A stretch of 64,000 nt of DNA from Bilabrum cf. latius (taxonomy: Eukaryota): the NCBI GenBank assembly GCA_965178125.1, contig OZ237753.1, positions 434,001 through 498,000 on the forward strand, in the 5' to 3' direction. The notes beneath the pieces are model-generated. The model worked only from the letters and a program-made list of their open reading frames with translations, had not been told where the DNA came from and did no database searches. Position numbers and translations under genes: made by a program. Positions 24,794 to 34,551 of the stretch are shown here, piece after piece. The number at the start of each line of letters is the position of its first letter. Positions within the stretch are counted from its first letter, which is position 1.

Positions 24794-26232
24794 TTAGCTT
24801 GTTCCTCCAGCCTTAGCGCCCGTCGCAGCACCGGCTGCCGCCGCCGGCGCCTCGTCCTCCTCGTCCTCGTCCTCGTCGACCTCAACCCAGTTGAAGAAGG
24901 CGAACAGCCACTCGATGAACGTGATCGTTCCGTCGTGGTCAAAGTCCAGCTCAGCAAAGCGCTCCTCGGACAGGAAGTGCATGGCATCGCTGTGCGCCTT
25001 GCCGCCCTTCTGCGGCGTCCTCTTCACGCCGGCGGCAGGCGACAGCATGGCCAGCTGGGACATCTTCTCCTCCAGCTCCTCCCGTCTGATCACGCCCGTG
25101 CACTTGAGGTCGAACTGGATGTACGAGTCCAGGACCAGGTTGAACGCGTAGGCCAGCGCCCGGCCGTCGCCGGCCGTGAGGCTCTCCCGCAGCTAACCAG
25201 TATTGACACGCTACAATGCGCCCGTCCCCTGCAGCACGGGGGGCAGCGGCTCCGCAGCCGCGTCACCGTCCCCGTGCACCCCCCCGTCCGCCCCGCTGCC
25301 GCTGCCGCCAGACACGGCCGCCGGCCCGCCCGCCTCAGACCCGGCTGCAACGGGAACGGCACCTGGGACCTCCAGATCTCCAGCCGATTCATCTGCGGAT
25401 GCCGAGTCCGGCTTGGGACCATCCGCCGGTGCGATGGGGATGTCGCCCAGCAGGTACCCAAGGGCGAGGCAGATGAGGAACGACTTGAAGCTGAGTTTCT
25501 CGCTGTGGTACACGTCCGCCTCATGGAACACTTGCTTGATGTCGTCGTCAGACATCTTGGTGGCTCCTAGGTCTCGCATGGCGTGCACCAATTCACCGTA
25601 CTCGATGGAGCCGCTCCTGTCCGTGTCGTACGTGTGGAATGCCCGGTGGATGCGACGAAACGTTTCACGGATGATGCCGAACTTCAGCAGGATGCGGTTG
25701 AACGGAGTAGGCCTGCGCAAAAATGTTAAATAGAGTACAGTATAAAGCTATAGATTCCTACGCTGAATTGATGAGCAGGATCTAACGCGTTTGCAGAATT
25801 TGTTCGTTGCCTTTCCCGCTCGGAAAGGCAACGAACAAAGACGCAACAGCAGCGCACATCGGTCACGCAATCACGTATAGTAGGACGATAGTTATTGTGG
25901 CAAGCCATAGAAATCTCACTTGGTTGACATGACCTTCTCTTTCAGTTGTATCAATTTCTAGACCCTGCAAGACTTGAGCGGAGAATCGAGGTCCAGCCCA
26001 AGATATCATGTGTGTAGAGCACAGATAGACAAGCGTTAATACATTGTTTCTGCGCCCGTGTCGGCATGAAGATACGGGACATACGACTTGACTAGGCGTT
26101 CGCACACTGCAGGTCTCACCTCTCCGCTATCTTCTCGTGAGCCAGATCTGGGAGGACCACTCTCCTTTTGCTGCTCTCCTTATCATCGCCTCCGCCAGGT
26201 TTCTCAACTGAAAGGCTGCTTACAGCCGCCAT
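24794..26232 (-). CDS. EF-hand calcium-binding protein (plant CML21/22-like); exons ~26232-26120 and 25712-24794
   Basis: EF loops DTDRSGSIEYGE, DVYHSEKLSFKSF, DLKCTGVIRREE and DFDHDGTITFIEW are present. Two in-frame TAGs join ORFs 25211-25720 and 24794-25093. A GTGAGA..GCAG intron restores phase; exon 1 is inferred. Confidence 0.8.
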
Positions 26233-26452
26233 TATTCTAGTGTTGCCACTTGGATTGGACGTTGAGTAAAGGTTCCGCTACAAATTGATCGGAGCGCATG
26301 GAATCGGCGGCGCCGCCGAGGCGGTGCCTCATTTCAGCACGAGGCCGAAAGCTGCTCAAGGCAGCTGCAAACTCGTCTCTCTCGCTAGTTCGGACGACAT
26401 CTGTCCATATTTTTCAGCATTGCAGCAAGATCACACTGCACCCTCTCTTGAA

Positions 26453-28315
26453 ATGAGAAGATTAATGCGGCGGCTTGCCGCTTCGACAACACGCCGTTGC
26501 CGACCCGTATCGATTGCCTGTTGCAGGTGCATTGCATCGTCCGCGGTACCCAGAAAGTTCGGTTCATCAACTTCAGCTTTATCGGAAGATTCCTTCGAGG
26601 CGCTGATGGGCGACAAGAAAGCGCCTGGTATCAGGACAAGTCGCGCATTCATCACTCCGCAGCGAACGAAGCGACGGGGGCTTGGCATCGTGCACGACCC
26701 GATTGTCAACAAAGGTACAGGATTCTCTGTTGCAGAGCGAGACTACTTGCGGATTCGGGGGCTGGTACCGCCTCGATAGCTAGACCTCGAGACGCAGACG
26801 AAGAAGATATACAATGCGGTGCAGGAGCAGGAATCCGACCTCCGCAAGGCCCTGTACATCAACGACTTGCAGGACAGGAACGAGACAGCCTTTTTCAGGC
26901 TGCTCATTGACCACATTGAGGAGCTCGCACCCATCATTTACACCCCCACGGTCGGCAGGCTCTGCCAGCGCTTCGGCACGCAGTTCCGTCGATCTCGAGG
27001 CATGTATTTTTCGGCCGAGGACAAGGGCATGATGGGAACCATGGTGCACAACTGGCCTCATGAGGACGTCGAAGTCATCGTGGTCACGGACGGCTCCCGG
27101 ATCCTGGGCCTGGGCGACTTGGGCACCAATGGGATGGGCATCCCCATCGGCAAGCTCGCGCTCTACTGCGCCGCCGGGGGCTTGCACCCGCGCAAGGTCC
27201 TCCCGGTCATGTTCGACTGCGGGACGGACAACCCGGAGCTGCTGAACGACCCGTTTTACCTTGGCCTGCAGCAGCCCAGGCTCAAGGGTCAGGAGTATTA
27301 CGAGCTGTTCGACGAGTTCATGAACGCCATCCAGTACCGATGGCCCCACGCCCTCGTCCAGTTCGAAGACTTCAAGACGGACCACGCGCAGGCACTCCTG
27401 GACAAGTACCGCCACCGCGCGCTGTGCTTCAACGACGACATCCAGGGAACAGGGGTCACCACCCTGGCCGGTCTCCTGAGCGCGCTGCGGTCCACGAGCA
27501 CCCCCAAGCTGCAGGACCAGAGGATCGTGGTGGTGGGCGCGGGGAGCGCGGGCATCGGCGTGGCGAACCAGATCCTGGACGCGATGAAGAGGGAGGGACT
27601 CAGCGAGCAGGACGCGCTGGAGCGCTTCTGGGTGCTCGACCAGTACGGCCTCATCCATCGCAACAGGGACCCGAGGAGCCTCATGCGGCAGCAGAGGGCA
27701 TACGTGCGGTGGGACGAGGAGGAGTCCATCACGCTCGAGCAGACCGTAGAGAAGGTCAAGCCCACAGTTCTGCTCGGCCTGACGGGACAGGGGGGCATCT
27801 TCACGGAGGAAGCCATCAGGGGCATGGCGAGCCACGTGGACAAGCCCATTGTGTTCCCTCTGTCGAACCCCACGTCGAGCGCCGAATGCACGGCGGAGCA
27901 GGCATACGAGTGGACCGACGGCCGGTGCGTGTTTGCGAGCGGGTCTCCCTTCGAGCCCGTCGAGCACAAGGGCAAGACCTTGCGGCCATCCCAGTGCAAC
28001 AACATGTTCGTGTTCCCCGGAGTCGGACTCGGAGCCAGCTTGGTGCGCGCGCGAGGCGTCACTGACGACATGCTGCATCAGGCGGCGGTGACCCTGGCGC
28101 ACTCCGTCTCGGAGGAAGAGATCTCCAAGGGGATGGTGTTCCCCAGCGTCAGCAACATCCGGGACGTGTCCAGGAAGGTGGGCGCGGCCGTGGCTCGGAC
28201 CGCGCTGGCGGACGGGATTGCGAGGTACACCCCCCCAGCGGGCAAGCTGGAGGACTGGGTGGGCCGCATGATGTACGAGCCGGAGTACGCGCCCGTCATC
28301 AACGACGTGTACTGA
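26453..28315 (+). CDS. NAD(P)-dependent malic enzyme with an Arg-rich presequence (probably mitochondrial)
   Basis: Motifs NKGTGF, RGLVPPR*LDLETQ, PIIYTPTVG, VTDGSRILGLGDLG, QFEDF, FNDDIQGT, GAGSAG and LSNPT are present. There is a single in-frame TAG at 26777 and the gene ends in TGA. Confidence 0.95.
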
Positions 28316-28650
28316 GAGAACTTTATACGACAAAGGCGCGGTCGATGGGGTTGCGCGCAGCTTGACCCGCGCTTATGTGACTCTGCTGCATCGGCTTTGC
28401 ACTTTGTGCGTCGTGGGGGTGGAGCTGCCTGCCATCCCTGCCGGACGGACACTTGAGACGTTCGTTTGCGTGGGGCAACTGGATTAAAACGGTCGTTTGG
28501 TTGCTTGTACAACCATAATTAGATACAGTTCTACAGATCGCACTTCATTTCTGCTTCTGTTTGCCGGGGAGTGGTCCTTGACAACCTCCCGCCGTGCGAT
28601 CCGTGGAATCACCATCAATCAGATGGAGCATTTTCCACTTGATACACTGC

Positions 28651-30355
28651 TCAGATGAAATCGTAGTCCTCCCCCTCCTCCTCCTGCTCGCCGTCCTCAG
28701 CCTCATCCTTCGAGCTACCTCTTTCCGGACCCACGGGGCCTTGTGGCTCGGTGGCCTTGCCGGCACCTGCTGCACCAGCACCAGCGCCAGCACCACCCGA
28801 AGTGTCAAAGAGGTCGCCTTCATCATCATCTTCATCTTCTTCATCGTCCTCGAATGCGAGCGGGTACCGCAGCAGAGCCCCGATCCCGCCGAAGCCCATC
28901 CGGAGCATGCAGGCCTCCTGGGACTCTCCCAATAGATCCGTTGAGTCGCCAGCACCAGGGCCAGGACAGCCGACCCAGACCACCCTTGCGCCCTCCACCG
29001 ACTCAACGGATTTCTTGCCGCTGTCGGTCCCGGGCCCAGCCGCGGCACCAGCGTGCGACGCACCCTGCAGTGCGACGTCCTCAAGAATACGAAGGCACCT
29101 CGATAGCTCCAGGTCTCCAGCGGAACCGTCGCCGCGCGCCAGCCGCCGGGCACGCTCCTCACGGCCTTCGAGCTTCCATCGCATTTCGGCCATGCCGCCG
29201 ATCCCAGGCGGCGAGGTGTGAGACGGCTCCTTGTCCCCTGCGGAACCTCCACCCTTGCCGGAGGCGCCCCGCATTTGGGTCCATCGCGAACCCTCCGACA
29301 CGAGCACGCATTTGACGGCCCCTGCTGCCCACGCCTGCAGCACGTGAGCGGCACCGTAGCACGCACGGACGCCGCCCGCAGCACCGGCACCGGCTGAACC
29401 CACGTCGATCGGCGCCTCGGTCAGCCTGCGGAACATCTCCCGCAGGAGGTCCTCCTCGTCTGCGCGGCGCCGGTTCCGCAGAGCGCCAGCGGCAGCCTCC
29501 ATGGCCACCCGCAGGCCCAGCCGGCCCCCGTACTCGGACGCGACTTGCAGTACGGGGGCACGGTGCTTGCCACCGCTGCCCGCTGGCGAAGAGGAGGACA
29601 AGGGGGACGGCCCGCCGCCGGGCATCCCTGCGACCATCTTCGCAAGCTTGGCAGCCACTTGGTCGCAAACAGACCCACCAGAGGTTCCCGCGACCACTGA
29701 GGCCTCAGTGACGAGCCTCCCCGCCCCGTCGCGGAAGGCGAGCATGGCGGCGTCGCAGACCCGAGCACTTGCTTCATCGACCTGGCCCTCTCTCAGCCTC
29801 TGGAACCGAGGAGCGCTCTGGCCTCCCTTTCTGTGCTTTGGGGCGATGGAAAAGGACACGGTGCGGTGGGACCATGCCCGCTCTCCGTCGGTCAAGCAGA
29901 TGCTCGCTTCACCAGGACCGAGCACGATCACGCCGGCTGTTCTTGCGCCGGCTCCGCTCGCCGCTTCGACGGACTGTCGCAGCTAATCCAGGTCAAAGAC
30001 ACGGCATGCACCTGTAAGTGTGGTGTTGTACCGGAATTGGGGGAGCGAGCAGGCATACGTCAGACGAGGACGCGAACACAGCTAGCCCAGACTTTGGAAC
30101 CGAGTTCTTCAGGGAAGCTTGGACCATCCCAAGCTGCGACCGCACTTTACCGATGCAGGCTATCACACTACTACGGTTACTCTTGCTTCGAATCTTGCTG
30201 GCGGACGCCGCCTGCTCTCCAAGCGCAGACATCGCCGCGGCAATCGTCGAGTTTGGTTTCAGGTACAGCGACACCATAGATTCGTCGGCCTCCTTCGGGC
30301 ATCTCCATTCGGACAGTACATCGACATCAAGTCGACTTGCTACTCGCACCTGCAT
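28651..30355 (-). CDS. Divergent eRF1/aRF1-like class I release factor, split by a +1 frameshift at CTT-TGA-C (29998-29992)
   Basis: The N domain (SMVSLYL, SASKIRSKSNRSSV, VPKSGLAVF, PPIPV..YRC) is in one frame. The M domain (APKHRKGGQSAPRFQRLR) and C domain (CYGAAHV..GAVKCVLV, GFGGIGALLRY, acidic tail) are in the +1 frame. About 567 aa if joined. Confidence 0.85.
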
Positions 30356-31126
30356 ATCTCTATCCTATGTGGTGGCTGTTAGAAGTGATTCTATCGCTGC
30401 GTTCTGGGTCTACAAAAAAAAACCGGAACCGTCCTCGGCAGACTCCTCTCGGCAGGAACAGACCTTTCCGCGCTTTGGGGCGATGGAAACGGACACCGAA
30501 TTGCGGTTTCTGGTCCGACGCCCGGTGAAATGTTCGCTTTGACGCGCCAAAATAGTTTGCACGGGATTCGTGTGTGTGCTGGGCATACTCTTTCTTGCCG
30601 TTCGTCATCTACCAGCAAAGTCGCGTGCCACGGACATGCTGCTGGCCCAGCAACCAAGTGTAATAGTTTGCTGGGAGATCACTGCTCTAGCCATTTCATA
30701 CTCTGAGTTGAATTGATCAACTTGCTCGCCCCACCTGGAGTTCATCTCTCATTTCAGCATCGCCAGTTTGCGACTGTTTGTGTGCTCGCAATGGCGTGCG
30801 ACCACAGGTGTACCGGCCAACTTGAACACCCAAAACGGTGCATATTTGCTGCTGGCCAGCGGACCAAAAAACTAACAATGAGTAATTTAGTGACGCGGGA
30901 GACGCCCCAACAGCGATGATGTCGTAGCCAGTCCTTGATTTGTTCCCTGCCTCGCATGCACGAGATGACGAGCGAGGCAGGGCACTGGACACCAGCGCCA
31001 ATCAACTGCAAGTCACAAAAAGCCCACGTCACACCTGGCTGCCCAGCAGGCACACATTGCAGCATCAAGCACGCTGGGTTCGAATAAGTTCAATTAGATT
31101 TCCTTGCTGTTATTTGCTTCGATCAG

Positions 31127-33968
31127 ATGGGCTGCGGAACCTCTACTTTGGCAGCAGTGCACGTAAGATGCGATACACGCGCGAGCTACCGCTTGCAAAT
31201 TAGCCGTCTGGAGAGACAATGATTTTGCGTTTTTAGCAGCACCAATGGGACCACTGCCGGTCGTATTCCCCACGTGATGTGCCTTGATCGATGATTTGCT
31301 GGACACGCACCTCGATTCTGTTAGATTTGGTGTGTCGCTCGCAACAAACGCGCACCTCTGCCAGTCAAGCTTGCTGCCAGTGACCAACGATGGGTGGATC
31401 TCGCAGGCCAACCAGCAAGACTCTTTTGAGGTGACGCGCAGCAGCCACGAGGAACTTTAGAGCGATCGGCCACATGCGATTGAACATGGCACTGGAACCA
31501 ATAGAACCCCGATGGTAGCGCCTATGCGGAAAGATCTGAGGGGCGCTGCCGCAGCTGGAAAAAAGCTGCTGCTCCCTGTCGGGCAGATAATCAAATCTGG
31601 TCGTCCGCGGCACCGGCACGTGCAATTATGGGTTCTTTCGGCGCATCGTAACAAGCACGCCAGGATATACTTCGCCTCAGGCCCGCTCGAGGCCATCGCG
31701 GTCCAGCGGTGGTTCACTAAGCTGCACGCAGAGATGATCTCGGCATGCAAGGGCAGCCATCAATATCATAAATGTCACTCGCAGTGCTATCGGGAATTGC
31801 AGCGAGGAGCTCCCATGGTGCAGCCTTTTACCATGGGCTCCACGGTACTGGCGTCGCCAAGGTATCTTGGGGTGAGGACCAGGCGAGTTCTCGCGCAAGA
31901 TGCCTGCGATTCTGAAGTATTGCCATGCGTGCTCGAAGCTACGGCAACATTCGATATAGATGTCGGAGAAACCGAAATTAGGTACGAAGTCTTCGGGCAG
32001 CTGCCGATCGAGGATATGGCGGTAATGATGCCTGACCCGCTCGGGGACTAGCTCTGTAGCTAGCCATCTGCGACTTTCATCTCGTCAGAGTCTTCACCGA
32101 AGTAGCTTCCGCGCCACAAAGAGCTGCCAAAGTCGCGCCTGAGGCCGAATATGCCGTCCGGCGTTTTGCGGAGTACAAGCGCTCCAGCTTCCATGCGGCG
32201 TCGTAGCCCCGCTGGCGCTGCTACCAAATCACAAGAAAGTAGGCAGGGCTGTTGTCATAGGGCGCAATTGAACTTAAGCGTAGACTAGTACACACGACGA
32301 TGTGACAGTCACCTGTCCGTAGTTCGCGAGGTCACCGTCGAGGATGCCAGCCTTCCATCGATGGATTCGGACAGTAATTCTACGAAGAGCTCTTCGAGAA
32401 CATGCAAATGCAGCCAGAAACTTATAGCAGGAATCGCTGATGCGCACGTGCAATCGCCGGCCTGCCAGAGCGAAAAGGATGTGGATCAACCACTGTCAGC
32501 GCCGGCGGTTGCAACCTGTTTCCAACAGGATGGTGTCGACAGCGTTGCACTGGAGTCTCCTCCTGTGCAACTGCACGCCCAGGCATCTCTTGGGGCTATT
32601 GGCGGCTGTGCTGTTGGAAGGGGGCAGCATTTCACGGAAGCGAGCACGCCGACCGAGCAGCCCCGTGCTTGTATTGCCACCAATGCGGGCTCCAACGCCC
32701 ACCGGCAGGAGGAAATGCTCGGAATATATGTGGCCAGAAGCTTTACGTGCACGAGTACTCGTAGAGGCAGCCGGGGAAAAGCCGGTGAGCACTTGCGCGA
32801 CTCGAACAGAACATCGCCGAGCTGTGCAGGGGGCAGCTCCCAATCTGGTCGCACCGAGTCTGGGAGCGTATCGTTTCCGGGAAAAAGCTCGTTGGTCGAG
32901 TCCTACTTGCCTGGCGTTGGGAGGGGAGACCGAATACACGATCTTTCCACTGGTACGCCTGGCACCTTGGAGCTCCCGCCGAGCATATTTTACAGCACAC
33001 ACGCCGGCAACAGCTTCCGGCCGGGTGGTGATCCGAAGCGGGGAAACCACAAGCTGCCACGAGAGCGCATCCCGTACGGTGACAATGCGCGACGATCGCA
33101 CATGAATGCTGCGACAACTGGCACTGCGCTGCCGAGGCATAGAGGCCGGGAGGCTTCAGCTGCTCGACGGCTCTCCCGCGGCGCCAAGCCCTCAAACGAG
33201 CAACGTTTCAAGCTTGGGGGCGAGAAGGCGCGCGGATCTCATCGAATCTATGGAAGTCCAACCCGTGGTACCGCGGGTAGACGTAGGGGCAGATCAAGAA
33301 GCTTGGGCACCGGCGCTCCACAAGCTGCTCGCTCGCTCCTGCCAGCGTCGACCTCTTCCATCAGTGGCACCATTGGCACCAGTGGCAGTGGAGTGCAATC
33401 AGATCTCGGGTTTCAAGACCGGCAGTTGCCCAGTTAGCCCCGGGGAGGCCATGAGGCAGACACCAGCAGCACCTCAAATTCGAGCAGCATCTATTTCGGC
33501 GCGACGAGCTTGCTGGCATCTGCCTCAAGTTGGTCAGTCTCCGGTGGTGGTGGCCAGTTCGACCGCTTCGTCCCCGTGGAGCTGATTTTGCCTCCAGGTG
33601 GAATGGAGAAGAAGCAGGCCAAGAGAAATGGCGAGCACGACGCGGCCTGGGGCGAAACCGATTCAGATGACGACTCGGAGGAAGAGTATGAAGAAGGGGG
33701 TCCTGCCCACCGAGTCGATCAGTCGCGGTACGCAGCGGCGCACGAGCGACCATCGCGTTCGTCCGGGGATATCGGTTCAGGGAGTGACGAGAGAGAGGGC
33801 GAAGATTCTACAGACGAATTCAGTGCGGTGCTGAACCCGCTGTTCCTGATTAGGACGGAGGGTCCCGTGTGGGGGGCTCTCATGAGGCGAGCAGGATTCG
33901 TGCACGGGCTGAGGAAGCTGCTCGGGCTGCGGCAGCTGGCTGTTGTAAGGCTAGGGGTTGTCCAATGA
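31127..33968 (+). CDS. Unrecognised family paralogue 1 (MGCGTS start; intron 31163-31364)
   Basis: A phase-0 GT-AG intron joins the MGC exon to a TAG-containing frame. Shared motifs are QLWVLSAHR..FASGPLEA, FVPVELILP and LNPLFLIRTEG..LRKLLGLRQLAVVRL. Ends in TGA. Confidence 0.7.
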
Positions 33969-34551
33969 GGTTTTGCTTGATTAGCTTATGGCGTGCGTGC
34001 ACAATTTTCGGTCGGTCGTCTGAGGCTTCGGCACTAACCAATGTAGATTCCTGTGGCCTCTTGTCACAACACGTGGCATGCCAGACTTCTGACCTCGCTC
34101 ACTTGTAGTGGAACGTTAATAACTAGAGGCACGACGATTTTTTGTGTCTTTTGTAAGCGCTGAATTGATTTTGGGTCTGCCGATGACGGCGATGCGGCTA
34201 GATCTACTACTAGTATCCCCGAGCTGCCACCACTCGAAGTGCGAGGCGTGGGCTGGCGCCCTGACCCTGCTGCAGCTACAGCAAAGATCACGACCGTTAG
34301 TACCGCCCAGTTGTAATCCATTATTGCCATGTCCTGGGCCAAAGCCAATAGATGTGCGTAGGTGTGACGATGCATGCCACAAAGTGGCGCCAATCACGGC
34401 CCAGTCACCACGTGCACGGCCTACGCAGGGTCACACCGAATCGACCCTACATCTATCGCTTCTTTCGCTTGATTGCAGAATCGGCCAAACACACAGAACA
34501 GCCCCACTACTTGTGACAAATACCCGTAGACTGGGCAGTGTGCCAGGAGTC

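Noticed and set aside
29983-30011. 29-nt GT..TAG mini-intron as an explanation of the eRF1 frame break
   Set aside because: Removing it, or splicing to the CAG at 29974, gives the wrong frame and ends at a TGA before the GGQ domain. It is also far shorter than the 90-400 nt introns seen here.
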